Below, piece after piece: positions 40,037-50,409 of a stretch of DNA of 64,000 bases (positions are counted from its first letter, which is position 1; every line of letters begins with the position of its first letter). Source of the stretch: Candidatus Sumerlaeales bacterium. Its GTDB lineage: Bacteria; Sumerlaeota; Sumerlaeia; Sumerlaeales; Sumerlaeaceae. The stretch is from NCBI GenBank assembly GCA_038243585.1, contig JBBSQY010000014.1, positions 1-64,000 on the forward strand, written 5' to 3'. Made by a program: the position numbers and the translations under genes. The notes under the pieces are model-generated. The model saw only the letters and a list, made by a program, of their open reading frames with translations, had not been told where the DNA came from and searched no databases.

Positions 40037-40591
40037 TTAGCCGGGTAGCGTACAGAGCAACACGCCGTCGTCTCCGTCCACGTCGGTCAGGCGCACCTGC
40101 ACCACGTGGGTTTCATCCGTCTCTACGGTTTTTGCCACGTAGTCTGCCTGGATGGGGTATTCGTGCATCCCCCGATCCACCACAACCATCAGGCGTATCA
40201 GTTTCGGTCTGCCAAAATCCACAATCTGGTCCAGTGCCGCCCGCACTGTTCGGCCAGTAAACAGAACGTCGTCCACAAGGATGATTTTCTTGTCCGTCAC
40301 ATCGAACCCGATGTCGCTGCTGCCTACCACCGCCTGTGGGCCAAGGGTGCTCAGATCGTCCCGGTAGAGCGTAATATCGATCTCGCCCAGAATTACCTCA
40401 TGGTCATGTTTTTCCGCCATAATACCCGCGAGGCGCTGCGATAGCCACACCCCCCTGGTTCTGATTCCCAGAAGAACCAGGTTAGGGTCATTAGGAAAGT
40501 CCCGATGAAGCTCTGCCGCCAAAGCCACCAGCGCGCGTTTGAGGTCACCCTCGTCCATCAGTCTTTTTAATACCGGGAAGTTCTCCGCCAT
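40037..40591 (-). CDS. pyrR: PyrR-family uracil phosphoribosyltransferase
   Basis: GIRTRG, DITLYRDD, LVDDVLFTGRT, VDRG..PIQADY; AAAGGA RBS before ATG 40591. Confidence 0.9.
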   Translation of the reverse strand: MAENFPVLKRLMDEGDLKRALVALAAELHRDFPNDPNLVLLGIRTRGVWLSQRLAGIMAEKHDHEVILGEIDITLYRDDLSTLGPQAVVGSSDIGFDVTDKKIILVDDVLFTGRTVRAALDQIVDFGRPKLIRLMVVVDRGMHEYPIQADYVAKTVETDETHVVQVRLTDVDGDDGVLLCTLPG

Positions 40592-40642
40592 GATGTTTAT
40601 CCTTTGAAGATCACATGAATGCACGCGAATCTTGTGTCTGTT

Positions 40643-41506
40643 TTAGGTACCTGCAATCGCATTCCTGATCGTCTGAACGGCGATGCGCAATCCTTCTTCT
40701 TCACGGTCTCCAAAATATTCCGGATCATGCCGGCCTTCGATGTCGAGGTTTCCGGAATAGCCGGCGCGACGAAGCGCCGTGACTACCTGCTGCCAGTCTG
40801 CCTGACCCAGCCCGGGCATTCGGTGGCGTGTTGTTCGCCGGTCTAGAACGCCATATTTCTGCAGCGCCGCCGGTTCCACTTCGGCGTCTTTCGCGTGAGC
40901 GTGGAAAATCTTTTTGCCGTAGCGCTCGATTACCCCAACCGGATCAATTAACTGGCAGATCAGATGGCTCGGATCAAACTCCAGACCAAGGGCGGGGGAC
41001 GATACGGCATCAAACATCATGTCCCAGGCCGCCGGCGTGTGGGCGAAGTTTATCCCCCGAAACGGCCAGCCCAGAAACATGGGACAGCCTTCGATGGCGA
41101 TGCGCATTCCTCTATCTTCCGCCTTGCGGCATATGGGCTCAAACGCCTTTTGAAACAACGGAATATTATCAGGGATATCCAGGTCCGGATCTCGGCCTGC
41201 GAAAGTTCCGATCGTATTGCAGCCCACGCTGTCGGCCATGTCAAAAAGCATCTCTAGGTGCTGAAGGTTGCGGTCGCGCTCTGCCTTGTCCGGGGAGAGG
41301 TTATTGGTGTATGACCCCAATGCGCTCACTTCGATGCCCAGGCCGTCCAAACGCTCCCGCGCCCGCTTCCAGTCATCCGGACTGCCGCCTGCGCCCGGAC
41401 TGAGCGGGTCGTCTGGCCACACAAGTAGCTGGCAACTCTGGCAACCCAATCGTTCCAGCAGGATGATATCTTGCTGAGTATAATGGATCAGCAGTCCGAC
41501 TTTCAC
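40643..41506 (-). CDS. Sugar phosphate isomerase/epimerase (xylose-isomerase-like TIM barrel)
   Basis: IAIEGCP, FDPSH, HAHAKD, IEG metal ligands; GTG start overlaps the GNAT stop. Confidence 0.82.
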   Translation of the reverse strand: MKVGLLIHYTQQDIILLERLGCQSCQLLVWPDDPLSPGAGGSPDDWKRARERLDGLGIEVSALGSYTNNLSPDKAERDRNLQHLEMLFDMADSVGCNTIGTFAGRDPDLDIPDNIPLFQKAFEPICRKAEDRGMRIAIEGCPMFLGWPFRGINFAHTPAAWDMMFDAVSSPALGLEFDPSHLICQLIDPVGVIERYGKKIFHAHAKDAEVEPAALQKYGVLDRRTTRHRMPGLGQADWQQVVTALRRAGYSGNLDIEGRHDPEYFGDREEEGLRIAVQTIRNAIAGT

Positions 41507-42477
41507 ACAGCTAATTCCTTTTTCATAATGGCGAAGCGCCGGCTCAGCTTAAAGCCTAGCCGACCATAAACCCCGTCCAGTGCCCGCTGCCCGGTCCATA
41601 ATACCCAGGCGCTGTGGCAACCTTTTTTGCGCATCTGATAGAGAGTCCGGGCCAGCAGAACAGTGCCGATTCCCTTTCCCTGGTAAGCGTCCGCCACGCC
41701 GAACGGGCCGAAATGCTCATGCTCGTGCTGGCAAAATCCAATGATTCGTTCGCCCCCATCAGCTCGAGTGTCCAAGGCCAGCCAGATGGCGTCCTCCGGA
41801 AACCGTCCGGCGGTCAGATCGCGCAGGTTTCGCCGTGCATCCTCTATCCATGGTCCCGGCATCAGGTCGCGCTGAAACTGCATGTAGGCCACAAGGTCAT
41901 TCCGCTGGTAGTGGCGGACTATGATTCCTTCATCAACCAGGGATATTTCCGCGGCCCGCGTCTTATCCGACAGCTCAAATGTCCCGATTAACGCGTCTGC
42001 GGCGAGGGCTTCAGAGTACTCAACAAACCCATTGTTCGTAAGAAAGGCCATCCCGTCGGGGTAGTTGTCTTTGTCGACACCGGGCACAAAGTAGTTGGGA
42101 GTGTACGGGGCAAGCAGTATGACCTTACGATTGCGCCGACGGAAAAAGGCTTCCGCTTCGGACAGCAGCGTCGCCCCAACCCCGCGATGGCGGAACGAAG
42201 GATCGACGCCGAACGCAGAGATAAACCCGGTGTCTTCCCGATGACCGGTTTTCTCGATGGGCTTGTTTAGCACAAAGCTGACAATAAATCCAACCAGATC
42301 GCCGCCGACATGAGCGACAAGCAGGCTGCCGGGCTCGAAGTTATCGTCCAGCAATATCCGCGTTTCCAACTGGTCGCGGGTGATGGCGTCGAGGGGCAGC
42401 GCCCGCTCCCAGCAGGCAAGCAGCGCCGCGGTGTCGGTGCCTTTAAAATTGTTTATTTCTACAGACATAATGGCCAT
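41503..42477 (-). CDS. Tandem GNAT acetyltransferase
   Basis: Two acetyl-CoA motifs: VDPSFRHRGVG and VADAYQGKGIG. Confidence 0.85.
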   Translation of the reverse strand: MAIMSVEINNFKGTDTAALLACWERALPLDAITRDQLETRILLDDNFEPGSLLVAHVGGDLVGFIVSFVLNKPIEKTGHREDTGFISAFGVDPSFRHRGVGATLLSEAEAFFRRRNRKVILLAPYTPNYFVPGVDKDNYPDGMAFLTNNGFVEYSEALAADALIGTFELSDKTRAAEISLVDEGIIVRHYQRNDLVAYMQFQRDLMPGPWIEDARRNLRDLTAGRFPEDAIWLALDTRADGGERIIGFCQHEHEHFGPFGVADAYQGKGIGTVLLARTLYQMRKKGCHSAWVLWTGQRALDGVYGRLGFKLSRRFAIMKKELAV

Positions 42478-42550
42478 TCTGGACGGGATGGGGGATATGG
42501 AAAGTTTTGCCCGAGAAAGATCAAGTTCATTGTGTCTATTACCTCATTTT

Positions 42551-44032
42551 TCATCGGTTTCCGAACCTCCGCATGGCCCGCTCCAGCACGGCGTCGATTT
42601 TTTTGTCCCCGGCTTTGGCAGCTTCTTCGGCGGTGGAGTAGGGTTTATTTGTGCCAGGCATCCGCAGGAGAGACTTCTGAATTTCCTGCTGAAACACGCG
42701 GTCAATACGTTCGCCTCCGGGCACCAGCGGAGTCAGCACTGCGTCCGGAAACAGATCAAACACCGGCCCGATCATGGGATCATCTGCAAACGGATTGCCC
42801 GCGCTTATCCGGGACGGAAAAACGCACTCGCTTTTTAATACGGTCTGACCTTTTCCGCGCGCCAGGTGCAGGGCCAGTTCGATCGCCAGCTTACGTCGGC
42901 GGGCATCCTTCTGCTTAAAGACCACAAAAGTCCCGAGGCCTGAGGACGCCAGCACCGGGGTGGTCGCTTTGTCCACGGTCGGGGGCGCGGCCAGCATCCA
43001 GCGAAACGGCCGCAAACCTTCGCTTGCGCGGCCGGCGGCGGTCAGGCGTTCGTTTGCGCGCAACTGCTGTTCGTTGGATTTGTTTAGCGCCATGACTACC
43101 CAGCCGCCCTGAATGGTCGAGGCCACGGTGCCGCCCTCCTTCCACAGCTTCCAGCTCTGTTCCTGTGTAAAGGCCCCGATGCCCGGTGCGGCTATGTGAT
43201 CTTTAAAATCCAGGTCCTGCAAACGGCGGAGCCCCGTGATGAAATCCGGTTCAGCGGCGGCCGACTCTACGGTGCCTTCGGGGCTGGTGCGCAGGATGCG
43301 TCCGTCAAAGTTATAGATGATCGAATATGCTTCGTATTCCGCCACCCCAAGGTTGGTTACCAGGCCGTAATACTGCGAAGTTTCCGGGGCAGAGGGCGCG
43401 GCAGGATTCAGCCGCAAATCCGGAGCTGGGGCTTGTTGCGTCAAGGCTTTCATTTTTACCTGGAACTCGTCCCAGGTCCAGCGCCCGTTCTCTGGCGGCG
43501 CTACGCCAAACCGATCGAACACATCCAGGTTCAGCGCCATGACGTAACAGGCCTTATACCACGGCACCGCATAGATTTGACCCTGAAACGAGACTGCGTC
43601 TATATAGGATTTATAAAAGTCCGCCTGCTCCGGCGCGATGGCTTCATTTAATGGTTCGAGAACATCCTGGGCTATGAACTGACTGATATTGTTACTGACC
43701 TGGGTGCAGACGTCCGGGGGCTGTCCGCTCAGCATAGCCAGAGTCACCTTTTGCTGTCCGTCCTGCCAGGGCAGGCGGGTGTATCTGATCTTAACGCCCG
43801 GGTGAGAGGCTTCAAACTCCCGCATTGCTGTCTGCAGATAAGCCGCCGTTTCCGGCATGTGGGGGAAGTCCCAGAATTCAATGGTGATGGGCTCCTGCGC
43901 ACGGGCGGAGGCGGTGATGGCAATGATGGCGAGGCCAACGGCGTTCATTATAACCCGGCGGGCATGAGAAAGCGGCCCCGTAAGAAGGGCTTTCGCCTTC
44001 CATTCGTTCTTTATAGTGGAAATCCTTTTCAT
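42551..44032 (-). CDS. Carbohydrate ABC transporter substrate-binding protein
   Basis: ITIEFWD, GQPPDV, YAVPWY, WTWDEF (SBP_bac_1/8); start uncertain. Confidence 0.8.
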   Translation of the reverse strand: MKRISTIKNEWKAKALLTGPLSHARRVIMNAVGLAIIAITASARAQEPITIEFWDFPHMPETAAYLQTAMREFEASHPGVKIRYTRLPWQDGQQKVTLAMLSGQPPDVCTQVSNNISQFIAQDVLEPLNEAIAPEQADFYKSYIDAVSFQGQIYAVPWYKACYVMALNLDVFDRFGVAPPENGRWTWDEFQVKMKALTQQAPAPDLRLNPAAPSAPETSQYYGLVTNLGVAEYEAYSIIYNFDGRILRTSPEGTVESAAAEPDFITGLRRLQDLDFKDHIAAPGIGAFTQEQSWKLWKEGGTVASTIQGGWVVMALNKSNEQQLRANERLTAAGRASEGLRPFRWMLAAPPTVDKATTPVLASSGLGTFVVFKQKDARRRKLAIELALHLARGKGQTVLKSECVFPSRISAGNPFADDPMIGPVFDLFPDAVLTPLVPGGERIDRVFQQEIQKSLLRMPGTNKPYSTAEEAAKAGDKKIDAVLERAMRRFGNR

Positions 44033-44087
44033 CTGGAATTGAAGGTTGTATTCGAAAATGGTATTTCAAGGTCGTTGATCGATTTTC

Positions 44088-46871
44088 ATGAGTGATATGT
44101 TAAAACAACTAGTTACAGAGGTTCGAGAGCAGGACCCACAGCCGATGGTCCGGGGGCTGCTTCGTATGGCAGCCACTGCTGCTATCGCGCTGTTCGCCTT
44201 TCTAATGTATGCGCCTGCCCTGGGCAAAACTCTGTTTGTCTACGGCACGGATACGGTCAGCCACGATTACGTCATGCATCTTTATGGCTGGGCCCAATCC
44301 ATCGGCGAGCGAGGCGAGCTTCCCTTGTGGAACCCGTATATGTTCAGCGGAATGCCCATGATCGGCAGCGCCGCCCTGTGCCCATTCTATCCTAGCCAGT
44401 GGCTGTACGCACTGCTTCCGTTTAATATTAGTTTTACTCTGCAATACGTATTTGCTGTTATGGTCGGCGGCATCGGTGCCGCCTGGTGGATGCGGTGCCT
44501 TGGTCACCGTCGCTCTATTTGCGTTTGGGCCGGTTTCCTCTATATGGTTTCGGGTCACTTTCTTACGCTAACCTACGCCGGGCACCTCCAGAAGATGATC
44601 GCCCTCGCATGGACACCCGTCGCCCTGGGAGCCACCATTCAACTGGTGCAACTGGGCCGAGGGGGCATCAGGCATTCGCGTCGATACAAGGCGGCTGCCT
44701 TGCTGGGGATCGCTTTGGCGATGCAGATGCTGGCCAGCCATCCACAAATATTCTACGCGACGGCGGCGGCGTGCGTGTTACAACTGGTGGGCATGGCGCT
44801 TACAACGGTTAAGTGGAAGTCTCTTTACGGGCGCGAGGCTGCCGTCCGTCCTATATCTCCTGTAAAAGCGATGCGCCCTGTGGGCCGGGCCCTGGCTATG
44901 AGCCTGCTAGCGCTTCTAATTTGCGTGGTCATAAGCGCCGTGCAGTTTTTTCCCAGCTACGAGATGGCCGGGCTTTCCAACCGGGCAGACGGGGTGACCT
45001 TTGCTGAAGCTGTGGAAACAAGCTATCCGCCGCTGGAACTGCTGGAGTATGGTGTTCCCCAAGTATTCGGAGACAGCGTGCGAGGTTCGACGGTTCCCTA
45101 CTTTGGTGCCTGGGGCGAACGCATCGTCAGCGATTATATCGGGTTACCGGTTCTGCTTCTGGCAATGATGGGCCTGTTCGGCGGCAAACGGCGCTACCGC
45201 TGGTTCCTTCTTATCCTTGTTTTTTCCGGCACTCTCATTGGTCTCGGCCGCTACACGCCCGTCTATTGGATCCTATACCAGGTCATGCCCGGCTTCGACG
45301 GGTTCCGGTCACCGGGCACTTATATGTTTCTGACAAACTGCGGTCTCATCGGGCTGGCGGCATTTGGCCTCGATTACCTAATCAGCCTGGCCAACACCGT
45401 TAACAACAAAGGCTGGGGGTCATCCTTCTCGGATGTGGAAAACAGCGCCGGCGAACGAGTTGTCCATGCGGGGATTACTCAGCCCTTTCGGATCGATTCC
45501 GTTCCATATTCCGGTACCGACACACCTCCGCAGAACATTTCCATCGATTACGACGATATGGATGATGATCCCAATAATTATGGCTACGCCGCTGAAGCTC
45601 CCGCCAGCGTATCATCCTCCAACTTTACATGGGACAACGAAAACATTCCCTGGCTGGGACGCCCTGTAGTATTGATATTTTTGGCGGCGACAGCCGTTAC
45701 GGCTCTCGTTGCGGCGATCATCGCGATGGCTGAAAACTGGGACGTAAATCTAAAAATCGCCACGGAAGAAGAGCTGCTCTCCTATCACACTTATTCGAGA
45801 GTGGCAGGCCTTGCTATTGCCGCGATGGCCTTTATCTGCGCAATTCTGCTGTTGCGGCTTCGCACTTGGATAGGCGGGGTGTTGGCGGCTATTGTCGCGC
45901 TGGCCTTCCCTCTATATCACAATTTTCACTTTCTCCACTTCGAACCGCTGGGCCCCTACCTGGCGCACCTCCAGCAGCAGCCAGACCTTCGCGCCCTGGC
46001 GAAAAACGCCGCCCAGCCGGTGCGCCTGTTGGAAGAAAACGCTTTAAAAAATGAAGCCATGATGTACAGCATCAGCAGTGTGGCCGGCTATCATCCTGTC
46101 TCCCCTGGTGACTATTCAGCCATGGCCGGCGCTTTGGGGCTCGGCAGCGAAGGCTTCGGTCAACTGTTTGCCGTGAACTACATTCGCGCGTCGCCAAATC
46201 AGCAACTGCCTGACCCGCAATGGACACTGGAACCCGAAGTTCCAACCGCAGGACTCGACAGCAACCTGTGGCGTCGGACCCAGCCAGTGCCTTACGTACG
46301 CGACGGAGCGGAGGTTGTGTTTGTTGACACAGACGATCTGTCTCTGACCAGCGCTACGGTTCGCGCGTTGACCGAAGAACAGCAGGCTGCTCCCCCGACC
46401 TATGTAGCCCGCCTGTCGGAATTTGATGGCCGTCGTTTTCGAATTAAAGAAGGGGCGCAACCTGCCGAAGCCGTGTTGCGGCGTTGGCTGCCCCATGAAG
46501 TTCGTCTATCCACCCGGGCCGCCCTGGCAGAATCATCCGGTGGTGCTCTTTTGCCTTTGTCAGACCCCTGGTTTTCCGGCTGGCGTGCGGAGACCTCCGA
46601 AGGCCGTCGCCTGCCGGTAGTTGCGGTTAACGGTGCCCAGCGAGGCGTGGTGTTGCCGGCGGGTGAGCACAAAATTCGACTTGTTTACTCCCCTTATTCT
46701 TTCAGGCTTGGGCTGTTTGTTAGTCTTGTAAGCGCCGTTTTGCTGATTTCTTTCGGTATCGGAACGCTTAGCCGCCGATTAATTAAAGGTCGCAAACGAG
46801 TTCGAAAAGTAATCAGGCAGTCGCAAACGGGGCGGCATAACGCTCTGGATGTTGCTCCAGAGAAGGGCTAA
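44088..46871 (+). CDS. YfhO-family (GT-C) polytopic membrane protein
   Basis: GELPLWNPYMFSGMP, FYP, HPQ; C-terminal GWRA..VNGAQRGVVLPAGEHKIRLVYSP + TM. Confidence 0.8.
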   Translation: MSDMLKQLVTEVREQDPQPMVRGLLRMAATAAIALFAFLMYAPALGKTLFVYGTDTVSHDYVMHLYGWAQSIGERGELPLWNPYMFSGMPMIGSAALCPFYPSQWLYALLPFNISFTLQYVFAVMVGGIGAAWWMRCLGHRRSICVWAGFLYMVSGHFLTLTYAGHLQKMIALAWTPVALGATIQLVQLGRGGIRHSRRYKAAALLGIALAMQMLASHPQIFYATAAACVLQLVGMALTTVKWKSLYGREAAVRPISPVKAMRPVGRALAMSLLALLICVVISAVQFFPSYEMAGLSNRADGVTFAEAVETSYPPLELLEYGVPQVFGDSVRGSTVPYFGAWGERIVSDYIGLPVLLLAMMGLFGGKRRYRWFLLILVFSGTLIGLGRYTPVYWILYQVMPGFDGFRSPGTYMFLTNCGLIGLAAFGLDYLISLANTVNNKGWGSSFSDVENSAGERVVHAGITQPFRIDSVPYSGTDTPPQNISIDYDDMDDDPNNYGYAAEAPASVSSSNFTWDNENIPWLGRPVVLIFLAATAVTALVAAIIAMAENWDVNLKIATEEELLSYHTYSRVAGLAIAAMAFICAILLLRLRTWIGGVLAAIVALAFPLYHNFHFLHFEPLGPYLAHLQQQPDLRALAKNAAQPVRLLEENALKNEAMMYSISSVAGYHPVSPGDYSAMAGALGLGSEGFGQLFAVNYIRASPNQQLPDPQWTLEPEVPTAGLDSNLWRRTQPVPYVRDGAEVVFVDTDDLSLTSATVRALTEEQQAAPPTYVARLSEFDGRRFRIKEGAQPAEAVLRRWLPHEVRLSTRAALAESSGGALLPLSDPWFSGWRAETSEGRRLPVVAVNGAQRGVVLPAGEHKIRLVYSPYSFRLGLFVSLVSAVLLISFGIGTLSRRLIKGRKRVRKVIRQSQTGRHNALDVAPEKG

Positions 46872-46877
46872 CAAATC

Positions 46878-47915
46878 ATGACGCGCTTTCAAGTCATTAC
46901 GGAAATGCACTCCGGTGCACAGGTCTACCTGTTGCGGGACATGCAGACGAATGCTCTCGCCCGAATATTGCCTGGCTTGGGGGCCAACTGCATGGAGCTT
47001 CGCCTGCCGCCAGGCATAGCCACCGATGCAGCCCCCGTGGCAATTATTGACGATATGCAGTTTGTGGACAAGGTGCACGAATACCCGAGTCGCTACGGGA
47101 TTCCGATTTTGTTTCCGTGGCCCAGCGGAATTGTTAAGGGCGCTTTTGTGTTCGAAAAGAAAGTCTACAACCTTAACCAGCCGGGTAAAACAGGATCATT
47201 GCACCATGGCTATGTGGACAATGTTGCCTGGCGGGTTGTGCGGTCCGATTGTGATAATTCTGCGGCCTGGCTTACGTGCGCCATTGACTCATCCGCATGC
47301 GGCGAACTTGCGACAAAGTATCCGTCATCCTTTACGCTCCAAGTTACGTGGCGCCTTAGCGCCGCCGGGTTCCAGATAGCCATGGAAGCCGTCAACACAG
47401 GCGATGTCTCGATGCCGATGGGTATGGGATTGCACCCATACTTCACAATTCCTTTCGGACAGAAGGGATCCCATCAAGAATGTCGCCTGGCGGCGCAGGT
47501 CGGCCGTCAGTGGGATTTGAAGGCCTTGATGAAGGTGGAACCCGGCGGTGAAAAACCTACAACTATTTTCCTGCCGGAGGCAGGTTTCGATCCCGTCGCG
47601 GAGACCGGTACCCTCATTGGCGATGTGCAGTTTAACCATGTTTTCCAGGCGCATTTTAACGAACGGCAAACGACTAGTGCCACTGTTATTGATCCGGTAA
47701 ACCAAGTCAAAATGGTGGTTACAGCATCTAAAGAATTCGGCACATGGGTCTTCTATACGCCTACCGGCCGGTCGGCGATTTCTCTTGAGCCATGGACAAT
47801 GGCTCCCAATGCTTTTAATCTTGCGGCAACAGGAATTGAAGAAGCCGGAATGCGGACCCTTCAACCGGGCGAAAAATGGAGCGGGCATGTGGAGATCAAT
47901 TGTCAAAAGCCGTAA
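46878..47915 (+). CDS. Aldose 1-epimerase family protein
   Basis: GIPILFPWP, HHG, GLHPYF, SLEPWT. Confidence 0.85.
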   Translation: MTRFQVITEMHSGAQVYLLRDMQTNALARILPGLGANCMELRLPPGIATDAAPVAIIDDMQFVDKVHEYPSRYGIPILFPWPSGIVKGAFVFEKKVYNLNQPGKTGSLHHGYVDNVAWRVVRSDCDNSAAWLTCAIDSSACGELATKYPSSFTLQVTWRLSAAGFQIAMEAVNTGDVSMPMGMGLHPYFTIPFGQKGSHQECRLAAQVGRQWDLKALMKVEPGGEKPTTIFLPEAGFDPVAETGTLIGDVQFNHVFQAHFNERQTTSATVIDPVNQVKMVVTASKEFGTWVFYTPTGRSAISLEPWTMAPNAFNLAATGIEEAGMRTLQPGEKWSGHVEINCQKP

Positions 47916-47996
47916 ATATTAGAGGTATCGCGGCGGAACTACGGTTCAGCAAATCATGGATTCCCGCCACATCGATGAAAGTCTACACCACCTGAG

Positions 47997-49004
47997 ATGC
48001 GCAGACTCTTACTCATAGTCGGCCTGCTGGCCCTGCTTGCGACCAGTATTTTTTCCACGCTTTACCTGGTGAATCATCCCCGCCGTTCCGCCAATGAAGA
48101 TGAGGTGCTTGTGGGTGTCGCTGAGCCGGATCAGGTGCTGGCTCCAAGCGATCTGCTCGGTCCTCCGTCGCAATCGGCAGGAAAAAACCTGCCGCCCGGC
48201 TCGCTGGAAGGCTCAGAACCCGAGTCGTCTCGTCCCGCAGGCTATATGCTGGCCTACCCAGAATGGCAACCGAGCGACGCCCGGGTGGAAGGGGCGCAGG
48301 GGCTGACTGACGCAGCGCAATATATTAAACCTGTATGGTCTCCTGTCGGGCTGGACATCGCGTTTACAAAAGAAGATTTTTCCGGACTTTACCTGGGCGC
48401 GTCTACCCCCGGCACTGCGCCCCGTCTGCTGGCCGCCGACGAAGGTATCGGCCGCGAGTTCCAGTGGACCCCCGACGGCATGAGTATCAAAGCACCTGGC
48501 GCAGATGGCACCTACGCGGAGTTTCTTATCACTGGAGAACGGTTTCCCGTCCCGGCTCCGGTACAAAAAATTCTGGTTCGCGATGATCGGATTTTCATTC
48601 GCGACGAGGACGGTACATTAAAACAGATTTCCGGTCTTGAGGACCGATTTACTGATCCGGAACTTTCACCGGACGAGTTAAAGGTAGTTTATCGCGGCCG
48701 CGAAACAGGGTTGTATATCGGGCTGGCGGATGGATCGCGAGTCATTTTCGTTGGCGAAGGACGCAACGCCCGATGGTTGCCAGACAGTCGCGGAATCGTT
48801 TATGACCAGCCCGTAAGCGACGGCACGTCCATAGTAGACGGCGACATTTGGCTGGCAACAGTGGACGGCCGTTACCGCACCAATCTGACTAACACGCCGG
48901 GTATAGTGGAAGTTTGGCCGTCGGTGGCGCCGGACGGCCTGAGAATAGCCTTCACCGCCGGCGGCGCGGTGTACGCAGGGAACCTGGTGCGACCAAAGAA
49001 GTAG
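47997..49004 (+). CDS. Membrane-anchored TolB-like / PD40 beta-propeller protein
   Basis: N-terminal TM; PVWSP, WTPDG, PELSPD, WLPD, PSVAPDG repeats. Confidence 0.7.
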   Translation: MRRLLLIVGLLALLATSIFSTLYLVNHPRRSANEDEVLVGVAEPDQVLAPSDLLGPPSQSAGKNLPPGSLEGSEPESSRPAGYMLAYPEWQPSDARVEGAQGLTDAAQYIKPVWSPVGLDIAFTKEDFSGLYLGASTPGTAPRLLAADEGIGREFQWTPDGMSIKAPGADGTYAEFLITGERFPVPAPVQKILVRDDRIFIRDEDGTLKQISGLEDRFTDPELSPDELKVVYRGRETGLYIGLADGSRVIFVGEGRNARWLPDSRGIVYDQPVSDGTSIVDGDIWLATVDGRYRTNLTNTPGIVEVWPSVAPDGLRIAFTAGGAVYAGNLVRPKK

Positions 49005-49187
49005 CGCGGAATGCAATTCGCCACGTAATCGAACTGCGGCAACAGGGACAGTTTAAATAATTAAGACACTGTATTTCCAAACAAACGTCTGAAATTGTCT
49101 TTAACGCGTGTCGCCGCCCGAACTTTTAAATTTGGACCAGCCCAAAAGGTATGTACACTTTATCTGAGAAAGGCCAATGATGCAGAT

Positions 49188-49406
49188 ATGGTATCTATAG
49201 CGCTTAACCTTCCCGAAGAGATTACCGCAAATGAAGCTCAGGTGCTTCTCGCAATTAAATTGCTTGAAATGCACCGAATCTCTGTTGGCACGGCCGCCGA
49301 ACTCGCAGGCTATACCAAGCCGGCTTTTCTCGAAATTCTTTCCCGGTACGAAGTGGCTGTGTTTGACTACCCCGCAGGCGATCTAGAAAACGAACTTAAA
49401 TTGTGA
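49188..49406 (+). CDS. UPF0175 family putative antitoxin
   Basis: LAIKL..ISVGTAAELAG..FLEIL..V motif; stop overlaps the PIN gene start. Confidence 0.82.
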   Translation: MVSIALNLPEEITANEAQVLLAIKLLEMHRISVGTAAELAGYTKPAFLEILSRYEVAVFDYPAGDLENELKL

Positions 49407-49858
49407 TCGCCCTTGGCATTACTGACAGTTCCCCAATAATAGCCTTGAACGGCATTAACAGATTGGATTTGCTGGATGGCCATTTTACGAGTTTGATCGC
49501 TCCTGAGGCGGTAGCTGAGGAAGTCGGGATTATACCGGAGTGGATAACCGTCACACCCATTAAACAGCCCCGCGTAATTGACATATTTCCATCCAGTATC
49601 CATAAAGGTGAGGCCGCAGTTATCGCCCTTGCTCTGGAAAACCCAGAAGCTGTGCTGGTTTTGGACGATTGGCACGCCAGAGAGTTCGTCCGGCGGCGCC
49701 ACTTTAAAATGATTGGAACTATTGGCCTGATACTTCGTGCGCATCAACAGGGAAGAATTGAAAAAGTAACCCCAATCCTTAATCAACTGGAAGAAGCTGG
49801 TTTTCGAATGTCCAGATCCGTCCTCGCCGAGGCAATACACTTAGCCGGCGAATGCTGA
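49403..49858 (+). CDS. DUF3368 family PIN-domain putative toxin
   Basis: DSSPII, AVAEE, GEAAVIALA, LDD, GTIGL. Confidence 0.85.
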   Translation: MIALGITDSSPIIALNGINRLDLLDGHFTSLIAPEAVAEEVGIIPEWITVTPIKQPRVIDIFPSSIHKGEAAVIALALENPEAVLVLDDWHAREFVRRRHFKMIGTIGLILRAHQQGRIEKVTPILNQLEEAGFRMSRSVLAEAIHLAGEC

Positions 49859-50076
49859 CCGATATCCATGATGACAGCGCTGTTTCTGTACTGAGAAAGG
49901 GAACTCAGGAATAGCGTGTTTTTCTGATCCGGTAATCCGTCCGCTAGCCATCTACGGCTTCGTGTACAATTCTTTTTTTTAGGGTTACTCAACTGCGCCT
50001 TATCAATCTTTTGAGGTGCGCCCTTTACAAGATTAGCTGGCTCCTGCCGGCAGAACCCTTGTTTGCCACGCCTCAC

Positions 50077-50409
50077 TTACCGGGAGTTTGCAAGGCCGTC
50101 TGGATCCATCTCCGGCTTTGGCTCGTCTGATACCCCTGGCTCCCTTTTTATCTCGGGTTCGGGCTTTTGCTCAATCAGAGATTCATCTGGATCCCTGTCT
50201 ATCTCGGGCTTCGGTTCGCGATTGGCCTCGCCTCCAATTCCCGGCTTGGTCATTGGGTCATTAATCATATTCTCTTCCTCTTTTTGAACATCGGTATCTC
50301 TTTTTCGCACATCTTGCGGAATCATAAAAAGGTGTATCATACTGAGAAAGAGCAGGCCGCAAACGACGACAATTCCTGCCAGAAGAGCAAGGTAATGTTG
50401 AAGAGTCAA
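50077..50409 (-). CDS. Hypothetical single-TM protein with acidic Pro-rich repeats
   Basis: N-terminal TM; EPKPEIDRDP / PEPEIKREP / EPKPEMDP; ATGA overlap with the kinase stop. Confidence 0.55.
   Translation of the reverse strand: MTLQHYLALLAGIVVVCGLLFLSMIHLFMIPQDVRKRDTDVQKEEENMINDPMTKPGIGGEANREPKPEIDRDPDESLIEQKPEPEIKREPGVSDEPKPEMDPDGLANSR

Noticed and set aside
49188..49858. TA pair as a marker of a mobile element
   Set aside because: No integrase, transposase or att repeats seen; the UPF0175/DUF3368 pair is a common stand-alone module.
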